Shown: piece by piece, positions 1 through 18,821 of the stretch
How positions within the stretch are numbered: position 1 is the stretch's first letter
Layout of the letters: every line of letters begins with the position of its first letter
From: the human T2T-CHM13v2.0 reference genome, Homo sapiens
NCBI RefSeq assembly: GCF_009914755.1
Contig: NC_060944.1
Reading direction: 5' to 3' (one strand)
DNA: 64,000 nt
The notes under the pieces: generated by a model
Databases searched by the model: none
What the model saw: only the letters and a program-made list of their open reading frames with translations
Told to the model about the DNA's origin: nothing
Made by a program: the position numbers and the translations under genes

Positions 1-994
1 CTCCTTCCCTAGGAGCTGTTCAGGGCCAGGAACTAGCTGTCATGCTCAGCAACCTTTTGCAGGGTTCTCAGCTTCCTTCCTCTTCAGCCTTGGTGTCTGC
101 ATTGTCTGTCTATCAACTCTCAGTGTTTTTTCTCTGAAGATGTGTTTGAAGTATGTTGGTTTACTCCATATTTTCGTCTCTCTTGGTGGGAGTGGCACTT
201 CTTGGCTGCGTCTAGCCATCTTGTCCTGCATCCTTAAAAATTACTTACATATTTTTATTTAGAGTCTTCCAGTGAAGTTGACCCTCCAGAAAGATGGACC
301 AAGGATATTCTGCTCTTTGCATCCTCCCTGCACAGAATTGAGTCTGTGCCTACTCCCGTTTCAGAAGCATGTATTAGTGGAGTACTGAGTTAATCTGGAA
401 AACTTGCTGGTCTGTGAGAAATCAAACTTCAGGCAGACAAGTCAGGAAGCCAACATCTTGTGGGGATGTGGTGTCACTGTTACAGGGGAGAACAGCCACC
501 CTGACCATCCTGGCTCCCCACAGGCAGGAGAGATTTAGGAACCCGTTGGGTGGCTTTTTAAACCATGGTTATTATCAGGACTTTGGTAGGGGCAGTCCCT
601 GACTTACATCATTCACCGTATTTGAGGATGGTGAGGTGGTATTAAAATAGAGAGTAGTTTCAGTTCATGGCATCATTCTAAAACACTTACTGATCTACAG
701 AGTTTGACTCAGAGATACCTGGTCAGGTGTATTGAGGTGTCCTCTCAGGAAAATGATGAGCACATCAATATATCCCTGTAAATAAATACCCAGGGTCTTT
801 GTTTACCCAGCCCTCCCCACATAGCTCTTGTTTGGAGATGTGCAACTGAAAATATGGGATGGATTTTACTATAGAAATGATGTCTAAAATGGAAGTTACG
901 TGTTGGTAAAAGATAATGCTTCAGGCTCAACTTCCAGTAAAGTGGATCTGCCACTGAAGAGGCTTTTGTAGAATAGCCTGGAGACCACTTTGTT

Positions 995-1240
995 TCTCAC
1001 TTTCAGTATTCAATCAATTACATTAGATATTCAACATTTTATTATAAAATAGGCTTTTTGTTAGATGATTTTGCCCAACTTTAGGCTAATTTAAGTGTTC
1101 CGGGCACATTTAAGGTAGGCTAGGTTAAGCTATGATGTTCGGTGGGTTAGGTGTATTAGATGCATTTTTGACTTACAATATATTCAACTTATAACGAGTT
1201 TATTGGGAGAAAGCTTCATTGTAAGTTGAGGAGCACCTAT
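995..1240 (-). mobile_element. Tigger3-type (TcMar) DNA transposon fragment
   Basis: Matches the reverse complement of the recalled Tigger3b end (…ggtaggctaggttaagctatgatgttcgg…gtaagttgaggagcacct). Confidence 0.7.
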
Positions 1241-1274
1241 ATGTACGTGTGTGTGTGTGTGTGTGCATGTGTGT

Positions 1275-3255
<1,981 letters not shown>

Positions 3256-3674
3256 ACATTTAGGTTTGTGAAGCACATCAGGGTAGATGTTTATGTCCTA
3301 GAATGAGGGTGGTCTAGTGGATCGCATGGGCATGACGTTAGAAGATTTAGATCTGGCTTGAGGGAACTGTCACTGACTCAGGAGACATCCTTATTTGTTA
3401 GATGGGAGTTGCTGAATCCAACACAGAGTGTCACGAAAGAACAAATGTGACAATGAGAAGTGTTACAAGGTCTTTCTGTCAGTGTTAAGACAGCTACACT
3501 TCACTTCCCTGGAACCAATGCCTCTGGTGTGGCAGAAAGAAGGCTTCAGCTTTCTGTGGCATTGGCTTTCTTGGCTATCCTTCCTGTCTTTTTTGACTTG
3601 CTCCCTTATCATGTAGTCAGCTCTACATTTATTAAAAAAGCAGTAGCCTGGTGCCAGGATTCTTTCAGGCTGCC

Positions 3675-3698
3675 TCTCTCTTTCTCTCTCTCTTTCTC

Positions 3699-3745
<47 letters not shown>

Positions 3746-3781
3746 TTTCTTTCTTTCCTCTCTTTCTCTCTTTTTCTTTCT

Positions 3782-3826
<45 letters not shown>
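3675..3826. repeat. Compound microsatellite (CT)n/(CTTT)n/(CA)n
   Basis: Directly visible. Confidence 0.95.
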
Positions 3827-3828
<2 letters not shown>

Positions 3829-6800
3829 CAGCGTTGGACTCTGGCCATCAGAAACATGCATTCTGTCAGTTTAAAAGGGAGTTGACAGGAATCATTGTGA
3901 AAACACACTTGTTCTGGAATCTGGGCTCATGGAATTTGCTCCTGCTGGACATTCCCTGGACCCGGAGTGATGCCAAAGTAAGGCAAGGCCACAAGCAGCC
4001 CCACTTTGCCTGACCTTTCCTCACTCCATGCCTGTGGGGCTTGGAGAGCAGCTGCGGAGGATTGGGTGACTTCCAAAGTCAGCTCTTGAGAGGAGGTTGC
4101 CAGGGAATTCTCTTGAACAGGGCCGTCCAAGGGATGGACACATTTCCTGGTCCTGAAGCAGAGAAATTAGAAGCAAAAATAGGCATGGAAAGATGCTCTG
4201 CCCAAAAGAAGTCCCCCCTCTCTTCCCCAGGAGTTGAATAACAGTTCTCTTTCATTTGGGTATATTTTACTTTTAAAAGCTTAATTTAGTCGTTTTTAAC
4301 AACAAAGTAGAATAGTTCAGAGATTTATAAAAACAGCAGCAATAACAACAAAAAACTTTGCTGCAGTGTTTGCTTTTCCTGCAGGCCCTCCTGGTGAGGC
4401 TGCTCTTTGAAGCACTTACACAGGTTCTCACAACTCTGCTTGGGCCACCTTCCCAAAAGCAATGGCCTTTTATGCCCCCAGGTGACCCATCGCCCCCACC
4501 TTCTTCATTCTCCTGATCTATGTCATTGTCCCACTTACTTCTCCTCAAGGCAGGAAAAGGGCTGTGGGATGAGCTCATTGATATCATTCAGGTGAGCAGC
4601 AGACTCCTTTGTGTCCAGGTGAGAACATGGGATGGCTCCTTCACGTGGTTTGGGAATAAGTGTAGACTCCTTTTCCACTTTTAGGGAACCCTTGCTCAGT
4701 TTCCTGGGAAGAGTTGGGATAAGAACAGATCCTAGGGATGCTGATAGAATCCATCTGCAGTTGGGGTCTTACCAGCTCAGGGCTTGTCCCAGATAAAGCC
4801 TCCGGGGAAGGAAGTGTGGTTCTTTTGCTCCCTCTGCTTTAAAGCACATGTCCTGAAAATTCCCATTGGCATCTTCTTCCTTTTCAGTCCCTTTGCCTCT
4901 CGTGGACATGAGTTGCCTGTGTGTATTTGTTTATGTGATTATTTGTTTAGGGCTTAGGGTTTGCCATTCTTTTGTGCTAGGCTCTAACAGGGGTCTTGAT
5001 CACTAATCATTACTGTGTCTTTGGGGTCTAGTATACTCCCCAACACATAGTAAATTCCTGAATACCTCAGTGGCATTGTTTTAATTTAATCCTCACATAA
5101 TTTAATAGAGCCTAGGAATAGCTCTACCACTATTCCCATTTTAGGGATGAAGAAATTAAGACTTTGAACAACTCACTCAAGTCCCCCAAATGAAATCTAG
5201 ATCTGAGAGTTTGATTCTTAAGCCCATGTTCTCAATGGACACCGAAAAATCCTCCTACTAGGCAAGGGAGTGAGAGAGAAAATGAACACAATATATGATC
5301 ATATGAGAACTCAACGGGAACAGAAAGACAAAATATACCTGAAGGACCAGGAAAAAGGAGGGCTTAAAAATGTATTTCAGGCAAGAACTTTCTGGAAGAC
5401 CCTTTCAAGTGGCAAGCACCTACTCTGAACCGCTTTTGGTCAGACTGCTCACGTTAATATTCATTTTGGTGAATCAGAGTTAGAAACTTTTGTCTTTTGG
5501 CAATCATTGGAATTTTGAAAAAAAAGTTCTATAAGTGGATCTAAAGATTTGATAGTTTATTTCAATGAAATTTTTTTTTGGCTAAAAATGTGGGTTAACG
5601 GTCTATTTCAAATGTATTTGACATTGCAGCCTTTAAGTGATACTTTACCAGCTAGAATTCAATTTGCTTACTTAGGGGAAGGGTAGGCACTATCATTTTT
5701 TGAGCATGCATTGTATGCCAGGCCCTTCACATTGAACCATGTTAGGACATCTTTGAAGACAGACTGTATCTCCTCCCTTGCTTGACTGTCTCCTACAGTG
5801 CTCAATAAGTGGCTGGGGTTGAGAGGTCCAGGAAAAATTCTGACTTCTACCTTTGGTAATCCCAGGCAAATCTTGTGATCTTTGCAGGGCACCATTTTCT
5901 TCTGAAATGAAGGAAGGTGGGGGAGGTAAGGTAGATGGATCTTTAAGGATTCTTCTGGGTTAAAAGTTCAGAAAGTCTGTGATTCCAGATGGGTGTTCTC
6001 GTCCTTCTTTCACAGTCCTTTCTCTTTAGGAATCATGGAAGGGCCAGAGAGGCAAAAGCACTGTTCAGCTAACACCTGCACAGCTTGGCTGACAGGTGGG
6101 CCCTGAGAATGAACAGCGTCTGTGTGCGCTGGCCAAGTGCTGAGCCTGCAGCCTGCAGCTGGCCTTCTTGGCTTCTGTCGACCCCTTGGCTGCCTGAGTC
6201 TCCGGCAACTGTTCAATCATTTGTTTTTTCCCCTCCGAAGAGACAGTCAAGGGTGCTGGGGGGCTTGTTGCTTTGGGAATTCTGCCACATTTACAAATGC
6301 CTTGTAACCCTTATTGAGTGACAGATTTATTTGACAATTTTTGATAAGTGGGTTGTTTGCGACTTGCTGACGGAGGGAATTATTTGTAATTCCAACTTGA
6401 AAGGCTGGCCATCTGAAAGCCATGACTAAGCGAGCACATGTATTAAAAGGTCATTCATAGTTGCTTAACATCTTGGCATATATCATCTTCTGATCTCTGT
6501 TTTTATTGTTTTGATCTCAAAAAGAAACTTTAAAAAATGTGAGATGTGGAAATTGGGAAGTGACAGAACTATTTATGGTCCCCATAAGCAGCTGACCTAC
6601 TTCAGTGACAAATGTTATAAACATGTCGTGTTAAAAGCCCAATCTTTTGCTCTCAATTCTAATTACTTGGAATTCACTGAACTTGAGGGACCCTGGATTT
6701 TGTTTCCTGCTGGGATTTGGTAATGGCGACATTCTGACTTGGCAGAGTGAGAGCCACTCTGCTGAGTCACAGTCCTCTTAACTTCATCCAGGTCTCTACA

Positions 6801-7566
6801 AATCTAAGAACTAGAATTTGGTCACTTTGCAGGTGTCTGGAACTGTTCCCAGTGCCTATTGCTGAGTTAGGAGACTGACCATAAACTTTTTGCTTTAAAG
6901 AAATGCAAAGCATGTTCTTGTCTCCCACCAGGGTGCTGCTTCTGAAAATTGAAGTGTTTTGTGTCCTGTACTGTTAAAGGTTGGTTCTGAGGCTAGTTGA
7001 TCAGCTGAGCTCTAAGCAGTTTATATGGATTTTTCTCATTTAATCCCCAACATACCCTTTGGAGATAATTGCTGTTACTGGTCCCATTTTCAGGTGAAGG
7101 CTGGTTAGCTAACTTGGCTTAAGTCATTCAGCAAGTAAACAATGGAGCCAAGATGTAAAGTCTGGGAGGTCTGATGCCAGGACTTGTATTATTATCCATG
7201 ATTCATTCAAGTTAAAATGACTCTAGTTCTTGGCCACTTATACCAGGAAGCCACCTGGGAGATGTGTACAACTGGTCATGGTTAGGGAAGAGGGAACATG
7301 TGGTAAAGACCATCAGATGGAAGAAGGGAGCGACCCAGAGCAGCTTCTTCCAAGTTACTGGAAAACCAACCAACCTACCTACCAACCTAAAAAATCAGGG
7401 TGAACTCATCAAGATGTAGCATAATTTTTGTAGACAAAGTACATTACTTTGGGGTTCAAAGACCCCCAAATAATATGAATATCTTGTTCCTAAAAAAAAA
7501 TGGACAGAAGGAAAGAATAAGATTTCAGAGGTGGAAGCCAGGCTACAGACTAAGAACAAAGTTGTG

Positions 7567-7885
<319 letters not shown>

Positions 7886-8062
7886 TCAATGGCTGATTCT
7901 TCTCCCCTGAAAGACAGAAACTTCTATTGAAATATATTTTCAAAGGCCTCAGTCAAACAGTGCCTGAGAAGAGAAAAATGGAAAAGTAATGATGACAAAT
8001 CAATTAGCACATCAATTCATGGGTTTACCAAAGACAGCTAAAGAATAATGTCACGTGTGTAA

Positions 8063-8315
<253 letters not shown>

Positions 8316-8592
8316 GTGTCATCAAAAGGAATAATGCTTTTTGTAATTAAACCAGGTTTGTTTGTTGTCACAGAAAAAAGAGAAGAATTCTGCAATTTCT
8401 TTTGTTATTTTCACTCAATGATGTCTTGGATATTTGTTCAGGTTAGCACATATAGATGTACCTGGTTCCTTTTAACTGCTTTTTAATGTTCTACAATGTG
8501 GATATGTAGTTATTTTGTTACCTCTTTACCACTTGACCACTGGGGTTGTTTACTTCTTTGCTGGTACAACCAATGTTGCAAAGAACGTTCTT

Positions 8593-8837
8593 TTTTTTTT
8601 CTTTTTTTTTTTTTTTTCATTTTACTAAGTTCTGGGATACATGTGCAGAACGTGCAGGTTCGTCACATTGGTATACATGTGCCATGGTTGTTTGCTGCAC
8701 CCATCAACCCATCATCCAGGTTTCAAGCCCTGTATGCATTAGGTATTTGTCCTAATGCTCTCCCTCCTCTTGTCCCCAACCCCCTGACAGGCCCCAGTGT
8801 GTGATATTCCCCTCCCTGTGTTCATGTGTTCTCATTG
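8593..8837 (-). mobile_element. L1PA7/8-like 3' end with TSD
   Basis: Poly(T) plus antisense L1PA 3'UTR; TSD gcaaagaac(g/a)ttctt at 8578-8592 and 8838-8852. Confidence 0.85.
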
Positions 8838-8889
8838 GCAAAGAACATTCTTAGTGCATGCGTCCAGGGGTGGCCGTTGCCCTTGGAGA

Positions 8890-9290
8890 GACCCTGCTGT
8901 GGGAACAGAGCTGATTGATGTTCCAGCTGCCACACCTCTGGATCCATTACAGCCAGGCCACATTTCTACCATGTTGCTCCCAGTGAGTGACAGCATGGCA
9001 GCAGTACTGTAACTGGGACTGATGTGTGGTTCCAGGGCAACTTTGGCTGAACTACTCCCCATCAACTTGGCTTAAATTTTCTCAGAATTGTTCTCTGCTC
9101 TGAAGCACATCCTACTTAATTTTTCCTTCTCTCTCTCATAGATATCAGATCTTTATCATAGCCTGAAGGGTCTTCCTGCTTTCTTCTGCTCCTTTTCCCT
9201 TTATTCTTCATAGACATTTCTCCCAATAAATCATTTGCATGTCCAGTCTTATCTTGGCACCTACTTCTCAGAGGACTTGCACTGAGCTAC
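8890..9290 (+). mobile_element. ERVL LTR (LTR16-like)
   Basis: 3' end …cccaataaatcatttgcatgtcc…cttctcagaggac resembles the recalled LTR16 consensus. Confidence 0.55.
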
Positions 9291-9392
9291 CCCCGAACAT
9301 GTTGGTCAGCATTTCTCTAGAATGAAACTTGGAGAAATAAAGTTTTGGGGCCTTAAAGTATATAAGCATATCTGTCCACATATTTCCTTAAC

Positions 9393-9428
<36 letters not shown>

Positions 9429-9580
9429 TATATATATAAATAAATATATGAAGTGCACATATCATTAATAAGCAGCTCAACAAATTTCACAAACTGAACA
9501 TATCCATGAAGCCAGCACCCAGATTATGAAACAGAACATTATCAGCCTTTCAGAATCAGAAACCTCCTTATACCGCCTTC

Positions 9581-10095
9581 TGATTCAGGACACGCAGGCC
9601 TCCAAACTGGGGCTTAGCCTGGGAGGGTTCTTGGCTTTGCCCAGGAAAATATTCAAAGGTGAGCCAGTGGTGTTAGGCAGGAATCTTTTATTGAATGGCA
9701 CTGCTCCTTGTGGAGCACAGATAACTCATAGGCAATGCACCCAGAGTCAGCAAGGTATGGGCTCTTGACAACTGCATTTATACCCACTTTTAATTATATG
9801 CAAATTAAGGAGTAGTTTAATGCAAATTGAAAATATGGGTAGAACTTTCTTGGAAAGGGGCAGTAACTTCCAGATTGTTGCCATGGAAAGATGTAACTCC
9901 CAGGTTGTTGCCATGGCATTTGTAAAGTGTCATGGTGCTGGTGGGAGTGTCCCATGCTAATGAACAATGAGGGAAGCTGGGGATTACTGTCATTGCCATC
10001 TGCTGATTTTGGCCAGTTTCTTCACATTATCCTGTCTGGACCAGATCCTCCTTTGGTCAACAGGGTTGTGACTAAAAAACAAGTCTCCTACCTCA
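9581..10095 (-). mobile_element. ERV1-class solo LTR inserted in an old L1 3' fragment
   Basis: TG…CA termini; 4-bp TSD cttc at 9577-9580 and 10096-10099. Confidence 0.75.
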
Positions 10096-10449
10096 CTTCC
10101 AGTCATTTCCCACCTCCCCAAGGCTACATCTGACTCTTAACACCATAGATTAGTTTTGTCTGTTCTTGAGTAAGTTATACAATCATACAATGTGTTTTAA
10201 AATAATACAAGATGTATTCTTTAGTGCTGGCTTCTTTTGCTTAACATTATGCTTGTGAGATTAATTCATGTTCATTTATTATCATCGCTTGTAATATTCT
10301 GTTGTGTGATGCGACTAAACAACAGTTTATTCATTCATTTTTTACTGTTGTAATTTCCAGTTTTTGGCTTCTAAAAACAGTGCTGAAATGAACAATCTTG
10401 TACAAGTCTTGGTGAACATACGCATACATTTCTGTTGGATGTGTGCTTA

Positions 10450-10635
<186 letters not shown>

Positions 10636-12866
10636 TCAAAGCCTTTCTTGCCCAAAAGTTTAGTGTTAAATACCTGAAAACAAACCCAAACTACTGTATC
10701 AATCAGGGTCCAACCAAGAGATAGAAAGCACACAGTAATTTGAACCTGGAAAGTTTTGTATGAAAAATTATTAGCTATAACAGAGGGTTGATGTAATGAG
10801 GATTGTCTAGTAAAAAGTAAAGAGAACTGTAAAGAATGGAAGAAGCAGATATGAGAAGTAGCTTCTACCCATAGATAGCACTCCCAAGAATGTTCCTTCC
10901 TCCCCTCAGGGAGGATCCAACCTTATTGGGCAGACAAGGCCATGGCTTTCTGCATGGTGAGTAAGTTGGCTGAGATGTCATGACAGTGGAATTTACTGGA
11001 AATCATCCCTCTGAGATGCTGGGTGTCCACAGAGAGGTCCCTGGTAGTGTTGAGTGAACTGCCAGCCACTGGGTGCTGCTATTGCTACATGCTGAAGAAA
11101 TCATTCACTTCAGAAGCCAGACACTGGAGCAGCCTCACACCATAGAAGCTGGGTAGGGGGAGAACATAAGACCTGAAAGAAAAAAACCCCTTCCTCTTAT
11201 GTCCCCTTCTTTCCCATTCCCTCTACTGACAAGACTTAATATCATGCCAGCTGGTAAAGGAGAAATATTTTCAGGGTCTAGCTCAATTTTTGCAGAGCAG
11301 GCAATGAAAGATGAATTTAGAGCTGAGAGACCTCAAACTGTTAATTGGCACACTATTATCTATGATAAACAGATATACAATAGAAATAGTGAAATACCAA
11401 TTCTGTTAAATATTGTCCATTGTCAATAAATATGCTACAGTGTGTTTTGAGGAATAGCTTTCTAGAAAGAATTGATGTTATTGTATGTGGTCCGGGCGTG
11501 GGATTTGGGATGCTGGACAAATGGTTATTATGACTTACTTCCAAAGGCCCTCTTTGCTTATTTGCTTCACCAGCTTTGAATTTCTTGGCAAATCCTAATG
11601 GAAACTCACCTATGTAATGGGCTTGAATTTGACTACACAAACTCAGATGTGCAAGACATGCATGTCATGTTATTTTTCAAGAATAAATTTAAATCTGTAT
11701 CTGAGTCCTAATCTTTCTGAGCTGCTGGGATAGTACATCTCATTCATTGTTGGAGTTTCCTGTCTGCCCCCATCCCAAGTCAGGTATAAGCCTCAGAGCA
11801 GACATTTGCAGAGAATCCCATGGTATCCATTAACAAGCTCATGGTTTAAGTGCACATTATCTTTTAAGAGTGGACATCCTTTCTGTGGAAATGAGAATCT
11901 TTGTGGAACCCTGGTGCTTTGGTCCAGTTGTACTGGGGGCATCAAGTAGTCACTTCTCCTGAGATCCTGCCTCTAGCTTGAGGTGTGGCAAAGAAACACC
12001 AACTAATTTCTCATTCCAAAGCTTGGACAACCTCACTCCTTTTCTCTCTGCTTCTGCTATACTGTATCAAAGGCACCTGTTTCTCCCCCATTTCTCCAGT
12101 AACCTCAGGCTTTTAAAAACAGAGGGCAAACAGGGAGATGTTCTTATATACCTTTTTGTGTTGCGTCCAGAAAATACATCCTATCTGATTCTTCTATAAA
12201 GAAAACACAGTATCTAAATACGTTTTCCTAGCACAGTTATTTCTATGTTTAGTTCCTCTTACAGGATAGCAGATGTGATATGTGTAACCCCTTACTTCTT
12301 TAAGCTTCAGCAACATATCAAAAAAGATGAAGAGGTATGAAGAGCCATTATACCAGGCAGGGTTCTTAGTTGCTATATCAGTTAGTTTAGTTGCTAGGTA
12401 ACAAATTACTCTAAAACTTAGTGGCTTTGCATAACAATCATTTATTATTCTTAAAAAATGTATCGACTAGCTGAGAGATTATTCTAGTTTAGCTGAAATC
12501 ACTCCCATGCCTGAAGTCAGTTATGTTTCTGATGGCCATCTCTTCTGATTTGGGCTGGACTTTCTTTACGTGTTTGGAGTCAACTAGCTGTAGGCTGGTG
12601 TAGGTTGATCTTGGTTGAGCCAACAGGCTATCTTGCATATGGTCTCTCATCCCCAAGCAGGATAACTTTGGCTAGTTCTCATGGTAGGAGCAGGGACCCA
12701 AGAACGAGAGAAGTATGAAAGCCTCTTGAGGCCTAGGCTTGGAGCAAGCACACCACTACTTTCACCACATTCTACTGGACAAAGCAAGTCACAGGGTGAG
12801 GGAAAACAGACTCCCTCTCTTGACGGGAAGAGCTTCAAAATCATATTGCAAAGGGTATGGATTTAA

Positions 12867-13192
<326 letters not shown>

Positions 13193-13426
13193 CTCCATAT
13201 TTCTAAATATCAAGGATATACAGCTCCATCTTGATTTGTTTTTTTAGTTGTAGGTATTATCTGCTCATTTTCTACTGTGGAATATGATGATTTAAGCTGT
13301 CAAAGTCTCTCTCACATGCACTCTTTTATACACATGCACATGTGTGCACACAAACATTTTCCTCTCTTCTTCAAATACATATAATTTTTGGTTAGCTCAA
13401 TAGTATTTATATTATTGATACCCAAG

Positions 13427-13892
13427 TGTTATGGGTTGAATTGTGTCTCTCTAAAACTCAGATGTTGAATTCCTAACCCTCAGTACTCACAATGTAACCT
13501 TCTTTGGAAATAGTCTTAACAGAGGCAATGAGGTTAAAATGAGGTCATTTGGGTGGACCCCAATCCAATATGACCAGTGTCCTTATGGAAATTAGACATT
13601 TTACGAAATTTAGAGACAGGCATGCACACAGGGTGAATGTCACATGAAGACTAAGGCAGAGATTGGAGTGATGCTTCTACAAGCCAAGGAATACCAAGGA
13701 TTGCCAGCGAACATCAGAAGCCAGGAGAGAGGAATGGAACAGATTCTCTCTCATAGTCCTCAGAAGGGACCAGCCCTGCTGACACTTTAATATTAGACTT
13801 TTAGCCTCCAGGAATGTGAGACAAGATATTTTTGTTGTTTAAGCTACTCAATTTATGGTACTTTGTTATGGCAGTCCTAGCAAACTAATACA
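13427..13892 (+). mobile_element. MaLR LTR (MLT1B/C-like)
   Basis: tgttatgggttgaattgtgtc…gcaaactaataca termini. Confidence 0.8.
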
Positions 13893-14379
13893 TAGAGTCA
13901 TATAGTATATGCTATTATTATGCTTCCTTTCTTAAACTACTTTTTTTTTTGTTTTTCTGGATATTAATCATTCTTTCTCTCTCTGTCTCTTCCCTTACTT
14001 TTCTATAGATCTATTACCAATGCACCCCAAACTCCCACCTTAAGTGTATATCTCTTTTCAATTTATTAGAAAAAGATTAGATCACCATTCAATGTCCTCT
14101 TCTTCCCTTGGATCTGTCCCTTCTGGGGTTCTTTATCTTTGTGCTCCACCTTGAACCTTATTGATTTCTAGAACTGTCACTCGGCTGATGTTCTGGAATC
14201 TCCCCTTTTAAACTCATCTTGGGGATCCCCTTTCCCTGTCTCTTGTGTTGGCTCCCATGTTTTCATAATTCCATGTGTTTGTTTCTAAGAAAAAATAGAG
14301 CAAGGGAGGTAAATTCTTTGAAACGTTGAATATTTGAAATTGTCTTTAACTATACATTTGATTGATAGTTGTTTTTTGT

Positions 14380-15490
<1,111 letters not shown>

Positions 15491-18377
15491 GGGTCCTGCC
15501 TATATTTCAAGGGAAAGAGATTATACATGGTCATGAATACCAGGAGGCAAAGAATAACGAAGGCCGTTTTAGAGGATGCCCACCGCAACCGGAGTATAAA
15601 ATTCTAGATAGAAAAGCACTGTTTTTTAGAGTTCATTGTTGCTATTGATAAATCTAATGCCATGCTGTCTTTAATCTTTCAATATGACCAACTCTTTTTC
15701 TCTTTTGGAAATTTCTTTGTCCACAAAGTTCTGAAAATTTGTGGTGCTGCACCTTGGTGTGAGTCTATTTTCTTCCATTTTGCTTGATGCTCAGGGGACC
15801 TTTTCCATGTGGAAACCCATATCTCTCTGTTCTGGGAAATTTCCTGAATAATCAGGAAATATTTGATTATTTTTTTTCCCCTGAGCAGATAAATTTTCTT
15901 ATTTTTTATCTACGTTTTTCTGTCTTTTTGTTTGGTTTTCTGGGAAATTTCCTCATCTTTATTTTTCAAATACTTTATGGATTTTTAAAATTTCTGCTTA
16001 GTTTTAATTCTAAGATATCCTTTATTTTACTCCCAAGTGTTTCTTCTTATAGATTCCTGTCTATTATGGATGCTATAATACCTTCCCTTATTTATGAGAA
16101 TTTTCAAGACAGTTCATAGAAAAACATTTTTTTTCCTGAACCCCATCCTACTTTGTCCATGTTTCCTCTGGTGTTCTCTTATTCTGTTAGTTTATTTTAA
16201 TCTCATTTTCATGGTGGAAGTTTCCCTCAAAGGTGACTCTTGGTTGTATTGAGAGTGAGGCTAGGCATGGTAAGGATTGTTGATTGGTGGCCTTCACTGT
16301 GGGGTGATCGATTGGGCTATTTTACTGAAAAATCTCTATATCTCAGTATCTCTAGGTTTGTTTTTTCTCATTAGTTGGTTTATTTTCTAAAAATTGTGTT
16401 GATTTTTTAAATCAATACATTTAAATCTGCTTTCTCCAGTAAATAAATTTCAATTCTCCTGCTGAAGAGGGTATAGACAGGCCTGCCTGTATCCTCGTTG
16501 CTGAGAAGGGAAGGGGAGCCAGGACTTTTACTCTTTTCTCTGTGGACTTTTTGCTCAACGACTCTGTTTTCAACATGGCACCTCACCTTTGGCTGTGCAT
16601 GGGCTCTACCAACTTTATGCTCTTTAGAAACTGAACAACTAATTATCTGCTATAATCTCTTCTGTTTTCTTTGTCCCTTTGGATGTATGCCTTAGAAATC
16701 CTGTTACTACTGTTTTAGGGAGGTTCTGGCCAGCAGCCTCAACATCAGCCTCACTTTCCTGCTAGTAGCTACTTTGACCTCATGCAACCAGCTCTTCTGT
16801 AGGCCCATCTCGGTTTTCAGAAGTCTTAGGCTGGGATTTCCATTTTGTGTCAATTAGAGAAACCCTTTATGCTTAAGTTTAGCCAAACTGTACCTCATTA
16901 TCTCTGCCTCTTGCTAAACCAATGCCAAAACAAGGATGAAAGTGGTTTGGGCATCTTCAGGTAGTGACTAGAACTAACCCTGGGGCCAAGTGAAACCCAC
17001 CACAATCAACCATTTGCTGAAACAAGTAGATGACAAATGTTCTTAGGCAGTGTGATCTTTAAATCATAAACTACTCAGAAACAACTAAGAATCTCAGGAC
17101 ACAAAGTTAGTGTTTTCCAAAATTGTGTTTATCTTCAGATTCTTTTCCTGTAAGCAATGGAACTCATGTTATGAATAGCTATGTCTTATGCCATGGAGCC
17201 ATTTCACTCTCTATAACCTGAAAGCCCTTATACAGCATCTAAACATGTAAGAGTCTGTGGAACCCAGGTATGAGATATTAACTGCCTCTCTTCTGAGACT
17301 TGCTCTGGAGCAGTATGAGAACAAAAAGTCCAAATTTTAGCCTCTCAGCTGCTCACTGCCTGCTGTCCCTGTAAATATATGTGAAAATGTTTGCCAGATC
17401 ATTATGGTGGCTAATCAAATACCACCCTCCCTGTAATTTAATGATTTTCTGTATATATGTAATACTTCTTCTACATTGAAAAATGCTTTATTTTTGTTAA
17501 TTTTATGGGTAATATATACTTCTTGGAAACATTAAAACAACATACAAACCACAGTTTTCTGAGGCTTACTCACTTCCCTGGGATGATACCCTGGGAAACT
17601 TTGTAAATGTACAAAGGCCAATCCTCTTCTACTTCAACCAGCCAGGGCTTCTGTGCACTTTATCAGCTCTCCAGATGATTCTGATGTACATCACTGTGTG
17701 GGAGCCACAGCTTTAGCTCACTGACTTGTATTCTGGTTCTATTTGCAAGACTCTTTCTCCAGGGAGGACACAGCAGGCTATAAGTACAGTTGATTCTTCT
17801 AACCCCCTTTATGCTGATTTCAGCCCCAGTAAATCATCTTCTGATTATGATTCAGCTCCCACATATATCCAGACAGGTAAAGAATGCAATGATCCTATGG
17901 ATTCATGCCTTTCCTTTCCCATGACAATGATTTCTCATTGTCAACTGAGAAGATGTCCTTGAGCTTGATTAATGTGAGTCTATGCCATTGGCCATTAGAA
18001 TGAGAATCCCATTAGAATCCATTAGAATCACCTGGGAAAGCTTCTAAACACCCAAATGGAAGGCCACCCCCAGATCAATTAAATGAGAATCTCTGATGGT
18101 GTGATTCAGATGCCATACTTTTTGGAGTTCCCCAAGTGATTCCCAGGTGAATCCATTCCCAGTGTGCTGACAAAACCCGGTACTGAGACTGAAGGGGCTG
18201 AGGGCCAGGCTTCACTTTAGGATACTCACAAAGGCAATCCGTGTGTCCCTCTGAGACCTTTGGATGGACATCCAGCTGGCCTTTTCTGGAGAGGAACAAC
18301 ATACTACCCAAATAATCCTATTGACCAGTCCCCAGAAAGGCTCTGTACAATTTTATGCAATGTTAACCCAAACCAGC

Positions 18378-18821
18378 TGTATTGGTCAGGGTTCTCTAGA
18401 GGGACAGAACTAATGAAATATATATATATGAAGGGGAGTTTATTAAGAATTAACTCGCACAATCACAAGGTCCCACAATAGGCCATCTATAAGCTGAGAA
18501 GCAAGGAGCGTCAGTCTGAGTCCCAAAACTGAAGAACTTGGAGTCCAATATTTGAGGGCAGGAAGCATCCAGCACGAGAGAAAGATGTAGGCTGGGAGGC
18601 TTGGCCAGTCTAGTCTTTTCACGTTTTTCTGCTTGCTTTATATTCTAGCTATGCTGGCAGCTGATTAGATGGTGCCTACCCAGATTAAGGGTGGATCTGC
18701 TTTTCCCAGCCCACTGACTCAAATGTTAATCTCCTTTGGCAACACCCTCACAGACACACCCAGGATCAATACTTTTCATCCTTCAATCCAATCAAGTTGA
18801 CACTCAGTGTTAACCATCACA
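18378..18821 (-). mobile_element. MLT2A1-like solo LTR (HERV-L)
   Basis: tgtattggtcagggttctctagagggacag…taaccatcaca; 5-bp TSD ccagc at 18373-18377 and 18822-18826. Confidence 0.85.

Noticed and set aside
3460-4013. Overlapping 120-141 aa ORFs
   Set aside because: Kept open by the CTTT/CA microsatellite.
6280-6780. Repeat-poor stretch with an AP-1 motif (tgagtca near 6763) as a possible enhancer
   Set aside because: A short motif alone is not evidence; conservation or chromatin data are needed.
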